Source of the DNA: the human T2T-CHM13v2.0 reference genome, Homo sapiens
Direction: 5' to 3' (one strand)
DNA: 64,000 bases
Assembly: GCF_009914755.1 (NCBI RefSeq)
Contig: NC_060925.1
Below the pieces are notes generated by a model, which did not search any database, was not told the origin of the DNA, and was given only the letters and a program-made list of their open reading frames with translations. Below, piece by piece: positions 14,482 to 27,739 of the stretch. The first letter of the stretch is position 1; the number at the start of each line of letters is the position of its first letter. A program made the position numbers and the translations under genes.

Positions 14482-14673
14482 CAGTGCTCTCCATTAGAAT
14501 TTTTTTCTATGATTGTGAAGATGTTCTATGTCTCTACTGTCCAATATGGTAGCCACTAGCCACATGTGGCTATTGAACACTTGAAGTGTGGCTAGTATGA
14601 CTTAAAAATTTACATTTTTACTTAAGTAAAAATAGTCGCACATGACTAGTAGCTACCATATTGGACAGAGCAG
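14482..14673. mobile_element. MER3 (hAT-Charlie MITE)
   Basis: ctgtccaatatggtagccactagccacatgtggctattgaacacttgaagtgtggctag...gctaccatattggacagagcag. Confidence 0.9.
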
Positions 14674-14713
14674 ATAGAGATGATCAACATCTTTACTAGA
14701 TATGACATTAGCA

Positions 14714-14717
<4 letters not shown>

Positions 14718-14752
<35 letters not shown>
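14718..14752. repeat. (TG)n microsatellite
   Basis: TG run. Confidence 0.95.
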
Positions 14753-14759
<7 letters not shown>

Positions 14760-14813
14760 TTGTTCACACATCAGTCTCAAATACATAGAACAGTAGTCCT
14801 GGCATATAGTAAT

Positions 14814-17639
14814 TGTCTTAGTCTGTTTGGGCTGCTATAACAAAATACCATAAGCTGAGTGGCTTATGTTTTGGAGGCTGGGAAATTCATTCGGTGTGCC
14901 AACCGTTTCAGTGCCTGATGTGGGACCTTTACCCGATTTATAGACGAAGACTTCTCACTTTGTCTTCAAATAGTAGAAGAAGCAAAAGAGCTTCCTTGGG
15001 CCCATTTTATGAAGACATTAATCCCATTCATGAGGATTCTGCCCTCATAACCCAACTACTTCCCAAAAGCCCCCACCTCCTAATACCATCACCTTGGGGG
15101 TTAGGATTTCCACATGAATTTTGACAAGACCCAGGAATTCAGACCTTTGCATTCCACCTCTGGCCTGTAAAATTCATGTCCTTCTCACATACAAAGTAAA
15201 CTTATTTCATCCCAATAGCCTCCAAAGTCTTAACTCATTCCAGTATCAACACAAAAGTTTAATGTCCAGAGTCTCATCTAAATGTCATCAAAATCAGATA
15301 TGGGTGGAACTCAAATTACTAATCATTCTGAAGCAAGTTGCTCTCTAGTTGTGAACCTGTGAAATCAAACATGTTATGTGTCTCCAAAATACAATGGTGG
15401 GAAAAGCACAGGATAGACATTCTCAAACCAAAAGGGAGAAATAGGGAAGAAGAAAGTGTTAACAGTTCCCTAGTAAGATCAAGACCTTAACGTTTAACAG
15501 TAAGCTTCTTTGACTTGAAGCTTTGTCTTCCACGCCCACTGGGGTAGAGGTTCTACTTCTGCAGTATTGCTGGGCAGAGTATGGGCCCACAAGACTCAAG
15601 GAAGCCCTGCCTCCAGGGCTTTGGGCAGCCCTGTCCTCTCTACAGCTCTCACAGGTTGAAGTCTCTTGCCTGTAGCACTCTTGAACTGGAATTGCATGCC
15701 AATGGCTCTACCAGTCTGGGGTTACAGGGGTAGACTTGCTCCCAAAGTTCCACTGAGCATTGCCTTAGTGGAAACTCTCTGTTGTGGTCTCACCCCTTAA
15801 GCAGTTCTCTGCCTAAGTCTCATGCCTGAGGCTCCAGGTGACTCAAGCCTTGGAAATCTAGATGGTGGTAGCCAGACACACCCCATGGCTTCCACACTCT
15901 GAGAGCAGCAGAGGTGGACCTGAACTGACACTGCCATGATTTATCACCTGTGCCCTCTGGAGAGGCAGCAACCAAGGCCAGTGCTGCACCTAAGCCTACT
16001 GGGGCCAAACCTGGAGGAAATGAAAAGCTCCAGCATGGCACAAGAATTTGGAGAGTAGAGCCAAGTGGCAGCCTGAGGCAGCTTGCACTGAAGTCCCCCC
16101 AAATGCCTTCAGTCTTTCCTTTGAAATCATTGTGCCCTCAAGGCCTTGGCACTATAGGCCCATTATGGTGTTAATGTTTGTCCCCTCCCAAACTCATGTT
16201 AAAATTTAATTGCCATTTTAACAGTATTAAGAAGTGAGATCTTTAAGAGGTGATTAGGCCATGAGGGCTCTGTCTTCATGAATGGATTAATGTCATTATT
16301 ATGAGAGTGGGTTCATTATCACTGGAGTGAGTTCCTTACAAAGAAATTAATTCAGCCACCTTTCTCTCTTTTTTGCTCTCTGCCCTTCCACCTCCCAGTA
16401 TGGGATGAGTCAATAAGAAGACCCTCACTAGATGCTGGCACCTTGATCTGGGAGTTTCCAGCCTCTAGAACTGTGAGAAAATAAATTTCTATTCTTTATA
16501 AATTACCCAGTCTGAGATATTCTATTACAGCAACACAAAGTGAACTAAGACAGGGCCTGTTATGACAGCAGCACCAGTGATCCATTGTCTTGATGAATAC
16601 CACCAGACCCATCCATATTAATCTCCTTATCAAATGGTCTCTTGGTCAAACCCTTGTGTTCTTTCCCAAACATACTTTCTCATATTTTACAATATAAACA
16701 GGCTGAGAATTGTCAATATCTTGTAGTTCTGCTACCCTTTTGATTAAAATTCTATCTTTAAATCATTTATCTTTTCATATTTTACTATAAGCATTCAAGA
16801 GAAACTATTCTGCACCTTCAACACATTGCTTAAAAATTTCTTCAGCCAAGCATCCTATTTCATGACTCACAAGTTCTACCTCCCACAAAACACTAAGGCA
16901 TGAATACAATTTAGGCAAAGTTCTTGCCACTTTATAACAAAGATCTCCTTTCCTCTGGTTTCCAATAATATATTCCTCACTTCTGTCTGAGATTTCATCA
17001 CAATGGCCTTTACCATCCATATTTCTATCAACATTCTGTTCATGACCACTTAGACAGTCTTTAAGAAGATTGAGGGTTTTTTCTAGAGCTCTTCACTTCT
17101 TCTGAGCCCTTATAAGAATTACCCTTTCTGGTGCATTCGTGACAATGCAGGCTTTTTCTAACATGCAGCTAAAAACTTTTTCAGCCTCTGCCCATTATCC
17201 AGTTCCACAGCCACTTCCACATTATAGGTACTTGTCACAGCAGCACCTCACTCTCAGTACTACTTTCTGTTTTAGTCAGTTCAAGCTACTGTAAATAAAT
17301 AAATAAATAAATACTATAGACTAGGTGGCTTATTGACAAAAGAATTTATTTCTCACAGTTCTGGATGCTGACAAGTCCCAATAAAGTCACAAGCAGATCT
17401 GGTGTCTGGTGATGGCCTGCTTTCTCATAGATGCTGCCTTTTCACTGTGTCCTCACATGGTAGAAGGGGCAAGGCAGCTCTCTGGGGCTTTTTTTACAAG
17501 GATATAAATCTCACTCATGAGGGCTCTGCCCTCATGATCAAATCACCTCCCAAAGGCCCTACCTTCCAATACCATCACTTTGGGAGCTAGAATTTCAACA
17601 TATGAATTTATAGAAAACACTAACATTCAGATGATAGCA
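14814..17639 (-). mobile_element. Near-complete MLT1A-type MaLR provirus (LTR 14814-15151, internal, LTR 17268-17639)
   Basis: Two homologous LTRs starting tgt(c/t)ttagtc and ending gca; MaLR-int between them; perfect 5-bp TSD GTAAT at 14809-14813 and 17640-17644. Confidence 0.9.
16161..16552 (+). mobile_element. MSTD-like solo LTR nested in the MLT1A internal region
   Basis: tatggtgttaatgtttgtcccctcccaaactcatgtt...gagtgggttcattatcactggagtgagttcc...aactaagaca; flanks aggcc/gggcc. Confidence 0.85.
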
Positions 17640-17729
17640 GTAATATATGATATTATAAAATAATATATCATATGAATGGATGAGTCTTAACTAGCTCATT
17701 GTCAGCAAAAAGATATGAATTCATTTAGG

Positions 17730-17984
17730 AAGCCAGGATTCCAGTGACCTCCAAGGTTATCCTAGAGGATTGCTATTCCATGTAACTATAATTAAAGAGC
17801 AGAGGGGAGGTTGTATCCAGGGCTTTTATAGGTCAGACCTCGAAATAGGACACTTCCACTTATGTTCTATTGACTAGATTCAGTCACATGTGCATCTATC
17901 ATCAAAGAAGTCCAGAAATATAACAGTAGATTCAAAAAAAGAGAAAATAGATGTTGGTCACTAGCTAGTAGTACATTCTACCAC
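17730..17984 (-). mobile_element. MLT1K/J-like LTR fragment
   Basis: cacttccacttatgttctattgactagattcagtcacatg...ctagctagtagtacattctaccaca. Confidence 0.6.
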
Positions 17985-18264
17985 AAGTGCTCATATTTTT
18001 CTTTCTATACTTCTATATTTTGCAAATCTTCAATAAGAGCATGTATCTCCCCAAAACCAGAGAAAAACAAAGTATGTTTTATTTTTGAAAGGAATACTGA
18101 ATATCTTTCCATAAGAAGATCACACTAATCATTATTTAAAATTGAAATACACCTTTTAGGTCCTTCAAAATGATTACTCTGGGATCATAAGCTTTACTTA
18201 CAAAAGATATAGGAAATTAAGGCTGAAAAAGACATTAGACATTATCTTCTCTTTGTCATATAAT

Positions 18265-18415
18265 GCAGTGTTTCTCAACATTTTTTGCATTATTGTCCCC
18301 CTAAAGAAAGAACATTTTTAAACCTTTTATTCCTAATCATCCTCCTATAATTTTGGTGACACAGATATGCTGTATATCTATTTTCAACCCCTTTGGGAGC
18401 AATATCACAATGAGA
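18265..18415. mobile_element. hAT-Charlie MITE fragment within a MIR relic (MIR about 18215-18540, - strand)
   Basis: cagtgtttctcaacattttttgcattattgtccccctaa is a Charlie-type terminus; flanks contain MIR core (gagtccagaaaagttaaattcactctcaaaagtcaca). Confidence 0.55.
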
Positions 18416-20889
18416 TAAGAAATATGAGTCCAGAAAAGTTAAATTCACTCTCAAAAGTCACAAAACCAATGAATTCATTAATCAGAAATGATACCCAGTT
18501 GTCCTGAGTACCAATCCAGTGATATTTTACTATACTATATGCATGCTAGTATTCCAATTATCCACAATGTATAAAGGAAAAGAAAAAAAAAGCAGTGTCA
18601 TAATGATGTAGATGCTGGTTGGAGGTGTTTTGTTTGCTTGCTTTTTGGCTTATTTTATTTTTCTTTTAGATTTGTTTTTTCCTGTGTCATAAATAACACA
18701 GGCAGAGCTATATCTAGATTTTCAATAACCATCGTTTGTAAAAATGCTATGAAAGAAGAAATGAAAATCAAGCCAAAGTGAAACTCACACTCAGTCATCT
18801 ATCTAATGATCTGATGACTAATTCAGTTCACAAAATGTTTCCTCTCTCTACACTTTTTTCAGTGACAAAGAATGGTAAGGACCAGAAAGTGTGGCCTTCT
18901 CAATACAAATTCAAGACTTGTTTCTTTTTAAAAGTGTCTCAATGTTGCCAGTACCAATGGGATCAAGATGGCTTACTTTTCTAAGGAAATTGCATTGTCA
19001 CTCTTTCCAACCAAGCACTAGCCAATGGAAAAAAGTAAAATACAACCTCACCTCACAAGCACCTACCTGAAACATGCTCTGTGTTCAGACAAAAGACAAG
19101 AGGCCAATGTGTGCTACACTCAAAATGGCTTTCCAGTTCTATGAAAGTAATTTTTAGAGTGACTTTAAAATATTGTATACAGGAAAGATGATAGTACTGC
19201 CATATACATTAGAATAATTTAACTAGAACAAAGTTAATGATCCTAATGTTTCATCTGGTTGATAATAATGACATTTTTATCAGATTTTATTATAGAATAT
19301 TATAACTGTATTTGAGAGTGAGAAGAAACTGCCAAATATCAGAATTATTTAAAGTCTTTTAAAGTACCTCCAGAAATAAGCATAATTCAACGTTTTCTTT
19401 TTGTAACTGCTCATTCTTACATGGCAAGAAAAGTTATGTTCTTTCCTTTTAGTAGGACAGGTAAAATTGTCACTTAGAACATCAAGTCATTACATTTGTT
19501 TTTTAAAAGTATCATCTCTTAGATTCCATAACTAGTATTCTAAATAATTTTTTACTACCTTTTCAATTAAAAAAATCTGGCTAAAATTACTCTCTGACCT
19601 TTACATTAATATTCCTGCCTAATAAAGAGTTTGGGGAATCCTAAAGACTCATCTGGAAATGATAGAATTTCTGTTTTTGTCTTTCTTCCGTGGACACTAA
19701 TGGCTTTTTGTCAGCCCTCTTCACTCAGTGTATGACACGTGAAGCCATTCCATTTAGTTGTCCATTAACCTCAAGCATAGTGACAAGAACAAAGCAACCC
19801 CCTAAAGAAACTGAGCTCAAACACTCATATTAAATTTCCCCAATTCCTTAGCTTATAAGGTGCTGTTTTCAATTGTCAATAATGTTCGTGGAGTAAGCGA
19901 TATCCATTACTAATTAAAACAAGCTGTTTAAACAAACACAAAAGGTCACCAAGCCTGTAGATCAACATATCCATGCTATTGTTTGGTTTCTTGGTGCATT
20001 ACCATCTGATGATTTATTTCTATCTTCTATTCACCTATTTTTCTAAGTAACAAATATAGAGAATAAACACGCAGAAAGCAACCTTCCACAATAGGTGCCA
20101 TGAGGCCCAGGGCTCCAATGTTGCACTGGATATTGTTTCCTTAAGATCAGTAATGTGCATCATATCACTGCAAATGAAAGCAAAGAAATTTTCATTTATT
20201 TTTTCTGAGTTTGTAGGGATCAAAGGCATAAACCACATGGAAAATGCAGTTTTTATTAGGAAAAGTGACACCTGTGGTTTTCTGCAAGATTTTTAAACAA
20301 TCTTCTATCTACATGGATGTGCTATTAAGGCACAAATAAAATATAATACCTTGTCTGCCATGCTGAACAATGGCTTATTTTTGAAGTTTTCTTTATTTTT
20401 ATGCCACTAAGTCCCCTACAAAATATTTTGAAACTATTTGCTCAATCTTTGCTTGAGCTCTGACATTTGAAACTGACTTTTCTTTTACAATTGTATTCCC
20501 TGACAGTATATTAATTACATAGAGGGTATAATCTCTGAATTAATATCAAACCAACTGAGTAAGCTAGTATAAAAGTCAGATAGACTTTTTAAGCTATTTA
20601 ATATTAAGTTGTATAATTCAGTTATTATAATCATTTCCAAATTATCAACAGAAGTGGAAGGTAAGAATAATTTAAATTTACAAAACCCAGCACTAATTCC
20701 CAAACCTCACTTTAGTCAACATTATCAACATTGTCCTCCAAAGCTTTTATCCAAAATGCTATAATGCACAATTATGTTGTTAATTTACAGATTTTTAACT
20801 CATCTTATTTAATTTTTTTCGGACCCAAACTATAGCAGATGAATTAATTTTTAAGAAAGGAAGAGTGAAAAATAATTTTTGATGCTCAT

Positions 20890-21060
20890 CTACTACATCT
20901 CTGAATGATAAACTCTTCACATACATCATCTCATTTAACTCTTATGCTAGTTCTATGAGTCTAGTAATATTGTCCACAATGTACAAATTAGGTTACTAAA
21001 GCTCAAAGAGTTTATATAACTTATTCAAGGTCATCCAGCCAGTAAGGAATAGAGTCCACG
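20890..21060 (-). mobile_element. MIR SINE
   Basis: ttcacatacatcatctcatttaactcttatg...aaagctcaaagagttt...ttcaaggtcatccagccagtaag. Confidence 0.7.
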
Positions 21061-22036
21061 CCGAGACTACAACTATATAATCAAGCCCAGCAGCCCTAGA
21101 AGGGCTAAATTCAATGTGATACTTTTATTTTAGCAAAAAATAAGACATACTGAGCTTGAAAGTTTTAAATAGTGTTTAGTTGCAATACGTAATGGAGTTG
21201 CCCTATTCCATTCTGACTCTATGATTACACATATTGTGACTTTGCTTCCAACTTTGCAACATGGTAGTTCTTTGGTGCACGGAAGCACTTCATTAGTTAC
21301 CATATGGTAAAAACAGTACAGCTGTATAGTAATGTTGACTTGGCTGTTCAACGCAATTTTTTCAGATGTTTGTATCTTGAGTGTTCAAACATTTAGACCT
21401 TTGAAAATGTTTTTCTTTGTCATATTCTGAGATTCTGCAAACTTATACCCATCACTTAAACTGTATTCAACCATATTCTCATTTTCACAGCCTGCACAAT
21501 TAAAAAACAGGCACATTTTTTGGTACATACAACACTGTGAAAAATAAGCAGCCTCAAAGGCAGAATCTGCAGGACGGTGCACTGAAAATTAAATTTGATA
21601 CTTTTCCTGCTCATCTAAGTACTTGCCAGTTAAAAAGCTATTGTATCAAGTATAAACTATGCCAAAATGAACAAGTTTTCCCAACTTCTGAACCGGCTTA
21701 TACATCACCATTTTGTTTTGACAAATTAAGTTTAAAACATTTTGAGTGATTAAAAGAATGAGAAACTGTACTAAATATTTCTATACCTTCAAAACATTTA
21801 AGCTTCATAGATATCCAAAATAACTTAAAAATAGAATGTGTGATTTAAGTATAAAGAAATCAAATTACTGAATTAAATGTCCTTAAATAACCTTAGTTTC
21901 TAAAGTATAACGCAAAATATATTTTAAATTTTTTTAGATGTTCTGAAACACAAAACATTATAAAAGGAACTGGAAATACTTTTAATAACAAAACAGTTTA
22001 TCTAGGTTACTATGGTCATGCAATTTCTCCATTGTC

Positions 22037-22117
22037 TTGAACTCCTGGCCTCAAGTGATCCACCCGCTTCAGCTTCCCAAAATGCTGGGATTACAGGCGT
22101 GAGCCACTGCGCCGGGC
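22037..22117 (-). mobile_element. Tailless 5' Alu fragment (about 81 nt) between 11-bp direct repeats
   Basis: ttgaactcctggcctcaagtgatccacc...gagccactgcgccgggc flanked by tctccattgtc (22026-22036, 22118-22128). Confidence 0.9.
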
Positions 22118-22527
22118 TCTCCATTGTCATTCATTTTTGTTTTCCTTCCCACTTAACTGGATATTAACATCTTCACCAAAGCCTTAAGAAAATTCCAAGG
22201 AAATGAAATTCAAATCCACTGATTCATGCTATATCTTTGCTATTCTTGTAAAAGGTTTGATGGGCGACAAGGTTTAAACTGCAGAGTAGAGAGCATTATT
22301 TGATGATTTGTAAGACTGAATTTCTTCAGGTAATTCAGGGCTAGCTATAGACCACTTTACCCCTGATACTATTAGAAAGAAAGTAACTCCAGTGTGACAT
22401 GCTTTGTGAACATTTTTGAGAACATGCTTTGTGACATGTATAATTGTTCATTAAACCCTAAGAAAATAAAAGGACTTCATTACACAACCACCTCTGAATG
22501 TCAGTCTTCCTAAAGAACTTCCCAAAG

Positions 22528-22740
22528 AATATAAGAGGCCTAGTTTAAAATCCCCGCTCTCCTACCTTTTATATGACCTTAGACCATAGAATAATCATTT
22601 AACATTTCCAGAACTTAATTTCTTCACACATAAAGTTGAGATAATAATACAGTAATGTATTTCAAGAATTAAATGAGATAACACACTTAAATCATCCAGC
22701 CCAGTACCTGGCAATCAAAAGGTATTTAATAAATGCCAAG
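22528..22740 (+). mobile_element. MIR SINE
   Basis: tgaccttagac...gagataataatac...aagaattaaatgagataa...cagtacctggca...taataaatg. Confidence 0.7.
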
Positions 22741-23727
22741 GATAATTCTAATAATGCAATTATTCTAATAAAATGTGTAAGTCAGTGAACATGATCCAAA
22801 GACTTTATTCTTATCCATCTTAATTCCCATAAAAATGATCTAGGTAAGAAATTCTACCAGATTATACTGCACAGTAGGACAACCCAGAGGAAAAAAATAG
22901 GATTCAGATATACTACATTGAAAATTCTAGATTTTTACCACAAGCTTATATGTACACATTCATGGATTCGTGGTCAAGTCAAGGAGAGAATAGGGTAAGA
23001 ATATTTTCACCCTGTTTTTAATGAAAAATCAAGTGGCCATTTTATTATGCAGAATATCTTCGGTGGCAAGGTTTACAAACTTGGTGGTCAGTTACTAATT
23101 TAACAGTACATAATAGATACACATGTGGCTCTGTGAGAGACCACCAAGTCATAAAAAATGTTACATATTAGCACATATTATGAGAAAAGTGATAAAAGTG
23201 AGTGATTCCTGTGATTTGCAGAATGGATTAGAAAATATAGTATTAACTAAATATTAAATATAGGTAATTTTAGTGGTGTTAATGAGAAAAAGTTCAACTA
23301 TATAATATAATAATATAATAATGGAAATTTTATTTCATAGCAGGGAAGGCTAAAGTGAGAAAAAGAAAGAAAATAAAATGAAAAATTTTATGACTGGTTA
23401 TTTCAAGAGAATAAAAATTTATATGCGTTCTGCAATGCCATTTTCTGTAGCAATATGTAATACCTGACTTTAATAAGACATTGCATTTGATATCAACAAA
23501 AATGTACAGCTAATTACTATATACTAAAAATAAGCAGGTATGATTAATGTGGAATTTCACAGTACAAATATTATAAACACAATATGCCATATATACTTAC
23601 AAAGGGCCCTCAATGATCCTTGCAATCAAATTTCCTCACCATTTCTTATTCATAGTAGTTAGACTCCAAAGGCCATTTTATTTTGAACTTTCCCTATCCC
23701 TTTTAGTTCAAGTTGTCAATGGTTCTA

Positions 23728-24087
<360 letters not shown>

Positions 24088-24399
24088 CTACAAATCTTAT
24101 TAAGGTTCACTCTATTAGACAAAAGCCATACCCACAAATCTTGTTGAAATAAGTCCTTCTGTGCCTTAAGCTTACTGTAATGCTGCTGCAAAAAAGGACC
24201 CTAAAAATTCTTAGGGCCTCTGTTGTGTAATAAAACAGTTTTACAAATAATGCCTTTAAAGTCTTTATGGGAACTTTTTTCTGTTAAAGGCACTACCTTA
24301 AATCTTTTGGAGGCTTTTACAAATGGTTTTGTAGTCACCTACTTGGGTTCATCTTTAGACTATGGTTTTCCTGACAATATCTGGATATAATATTTTCTC

Positions 24400-24986
24400 A
24401 GAAGCTTTTCTTATTTTTAGCATTATTTGCCATTTGGAGAGCATAAGAATAAGAAATAATGTTACTTTTTGAACCCAGCCCCTTACTATTTAACTGAGCT
24501 TCTTTGAATTTATATTGCTTTTCTTGCATTTTACTATAAGTGCAAGAAATGATCAAGTGGCACTTCAACACTCTGCCTGTAAATCTCCTTAGTTAGATCG
24601 TCAAGTTTATTAAGCACATTTTCCATTTTCAGTGTTGCCACAAGAGACACTTATAACATTTTTCTTACTTGCTTTAAGCCCTCACCAACAGCTTCCTCAA
24701 AGGCTTCCCCTAACAATCCCTTCGAGGCCCTTCAACTTCCACTCACCATTGCTCAGTCCCAAGCAACTGACACATTTTTAGTTTTTCCATTCAGCAAAAC
24801 CCCACTTCTGGTACCAGAATTTGTATCAGTTACTACAGTTGTACAACAAGTTTCCCTAAGACACAGTGACTTACTACCACAATAATCATTTAGTCTCTCT
24901 TACGATTTCTGTACATTATGAATTCAGAAAGGTCTCAGGTGGAAAGTAATCATTTGCAGTCTCTCATGTGACTTCAGTTAGGTGTT
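24400..24986 (-). mobile_element. MLT1H-like internal piece + partial LTR (LTR from 24821)
   Basis: cattttactataag...aaccccacttctggtaccagaatt then tgtatcagttactacagttgtacaacaagtttccctaagacacagtgactta. Confidence 0.65.
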
Positions 24987-25391
24987 CCCTGGGGATTCAG
25001 TCATCATATTTTTTATTGAAAAGGAAGGACAACTCAGGAGGTAGAACCAAGAGCCCAGAGGCCGAAGTGAATTATTCCCAGGCTGTAGGACTGGGCATTA
25101 ATCAAGGGACTGGCAACATGTGCCTAACTAGGCTTCGGGATGCTTTGGAACAGTGACTTTATGTGCCTCTCTTTTTCCTAATTTGTACAGGAGACTCTAC
25201 AGTGGTTAACCTTGCATGGAACACCATGGTAAGGTGGTTAGATGGGGAATCAGATAACATATTGCTCTTATTTCACATGTCTTCAAAAAAGTACTACACT
25301 TGACAAGAATTCGTTGTGGAGCCTTAGTCACATCTGGATCTGATATAGATGACAAGATCCTGGACCTAGAGCTTGAGCTGATGCTGTAAGA

Positions 25392-25910
25392 CAGTAGTCC
25401 CCAAACTATTTGGCACCAGGGACCAGTTTCATGAAAGATAATTTTTACACAGATGAAGGAGGGAATGGTTTCAGGATGGTTCAAGTGCATTATATTTATT
25501 GTGCACTTTATTTCTATTAATATTCCATTCTTATATAACAAAGTAATTATACAACTCACCATAATGTATAATCAGTGGGAGTCCTGAGCTTGTTTTCCCA
25601 CAACTAGAGAGTCCCATCTGGGTGATGGGAGACAGTGAAAATCATCAGGCATTAGATTCTCATAAGAAGCAGGCAACCTACATGCCCACATGTGCAGTTC
25701 ACAATAGGTTTCACACTGCTATGAGAATCTAATGCCACTGCTGATCTGACAGGAGGTGAAGCTCAGGGAGTAATTCAAGTGATGGGGAGTGGCTGTAAAT
25801 GCAGATGAAGCTTTACTTGCTCACCTGCCACTCACCTCCTGCCATGTGGCCCGGTTCATAACAGGCCACCAACCAGTACCAGTGTGTGGCCCCAGGGTTG
25901 GAGACTCCTG
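25392..25910. mobile_element. MER1A (hAT-Charlie)
   Basis: cagtagtccccaaactatttggcaccagggaccagtttcatg...ggcccagggttggagactcctg; 8-bp TSD ctgtaaga/ctgtgaga. Confidence 0.92.
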
Positions 25911-26193
25911 CTGTGAGAGACTAGATATTTTTGGAGCCTTGAAAGGGACAGCCGTATTTTGCATCTGGGTGAGATCTGAATTGTCAGGGGCCTGAGAGAA
26001 GACTATGATTGCTAACCCCAAAAATCCTTTCCTTCTAGTGTACATGTCCTCATGTATTACCCTCCCACACTGAATTAGGGCTGGCCTATAGGACCAATAG
26101 AAAGGATAGAACTGGTGATGTGTGACTTCCAAAGCCAGATCATAATATATAATTCAGCTTCTGCCTTAGCCTCGTGGATCTCTCACTCTAGAG

Positions 26194-26425
26194 CAGTGGT
26201 GTCCAACGTTTTGGCTTCCCTGGACTACACTGGAAGAAAAAGAATTGTCTTGAGCCACACATAAAATACACCAACGACAGCTGATGAGAAAAAAAAAAAA
26301 AAAAATCACAAAAAAATCTCATAATGTTAATAATGTTTTAAGAAAGTCTACGAATTTGTGTTGGGCTGCATTCAAAGCTGTCCTGGGCCACATGTGTCTC
26401 ATGAGTCACGGGTTGGACAGGCTTG
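26194..26425. mobile_element. MER30 (hAT-Charlie)
   Basis: cagtggtgtccaacgttttggcttccctgg...gaatttgtgttgggctgcattcaaagctgtcctggg...ggttggacaggcttg. Confidence 0.92.
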
Positions 26426-27739
26426 CTTTAAAAGAAGCCAGTCACCATCTCATGAGGGCATCCAAGCAGCCCTGTGGGGAGGTCCACATGCAGAGAAACT
26501 AAGGCTGATGGCCAAATGTCAGCACCAGTGAATAAGCCACCTTGAAATTTTGGACCCCCTGGTTAAATCAAGCCCTCAGAGCAACACAATCCTATAGCCA
26601 ACATCTGACTGCAGTTGCTTGAGAGATCCCAAATGACTACCCAGCTGAGCCCTTCCCACATTTCCAACTCACAGAAAACACAACAGATAATAAATGACTG
26701 TTGTTGTTTTGAGTAACTAAGTTTTGGGACAATTCGTTACACAGTGATAGGAACCTATACAGAAATATAAGATAAATCAAATATTGAAAATAGATAATTA
26801 CTCGAGTAAAAATATAATAAAGAAAACAGATTATATTTTATAGCAGATAAGGTACACTGAGCAAAATGGAAAATATGACATGAGGAAAGATATTGTGAAT
26901 GAAGAAAGGAAAATTTATGTGTACTTTGCAATGTATTTTGAGTAATAAGATATAATTTGGGACATTAACAAAACTCTGTATATGAGTTAACTTAAAAAAT
27001 ACATATGATAATTGCATACTAGATGTTAGTAAGTATAGTTAACCTAGAATTTCATAGTACGAACATTATAAATACGTTAAAGTCATACATAGTAACAAAG
27101 TGAACAGAATTCATTTTTTTAAATGGGTCTAAAAATGCACAATTCACAAATAGAGACCTTATATAATTTCAGAATGTAAGCTAAGTTAAACTTATTTATA
27201 ATTTTATTTGGGGGATACGAAGTTATTTTTTATTATTATTAAGGAATCCATTTCTACAACTGTCATGAAGGCCAGACTGAGTTAACAGAGACGAGCTCTA
27301 GAGTTAACTACATCCCAGTCTGAATTCTCTGGTTACAATCCCTGTCTTCTCTCATGACCTCACCTGAAAACTCAGACTCAGGAGGCCTCAATCTCTTCCC
27401 TTCTATTTTTGGCAAATGACAAAGCCCAATATGTAGGAGGCCTTTTTCGGAGAAGACAAACCCTACACTTTGCTTTATGAGGCAGATAGCAGCCCCAAAC
27501 CACGGTCAGGTGGGGACTATGCAGGCTTCAATTAACCTTATTTATTATTTTAACAGGATTTAAAATATAACAAAATTTCTTTTAAACAAACCTGTATTTA
27601 CACAACATCAAAAGTTTGTTTACTTTTATTTTGCCTGCAACAGGCAATATGTATTAACCTATCCAACTTTACATATAAACTAATTGTAATTATTACAATC
27701 CATATAATTTAGCATATTTTTTTTTAAAAATTACACCCA

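Larger units (their letters stand above)
25020..26761 (+). mobile_element. MLT1F-like internal 3' part + LTR (26004-26761), interrupted by MER1A and MER30
   Basis: gaattattcccaggc...gtattttgcatctggg internal; LTR gtgatgtgtgacttcc...ggaggtccacatg...cccagctgagccc...taagttttggg...ctataca. Confidence 0.8.

Noticed and set aside
14104-14559. 151-aa + strand ORF
   Set aside because: GTG start, runs through TG-rich low complexity into MER3, no recognisable domain.
20350-20415. Possible - strand exon ending ttcagcATGGCAGACAAG|gtatta (MADK in good Kozak context)
   Set aside because: Weak acceptor and donor; no downstream coding exon found; expected by chance.
23464-23523. Possible 60-nt - strand exon (ttatttttag|...TCAG|gtatta)
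   Set aside because: Stops in all frames, very AT-rich, mediocre donor.
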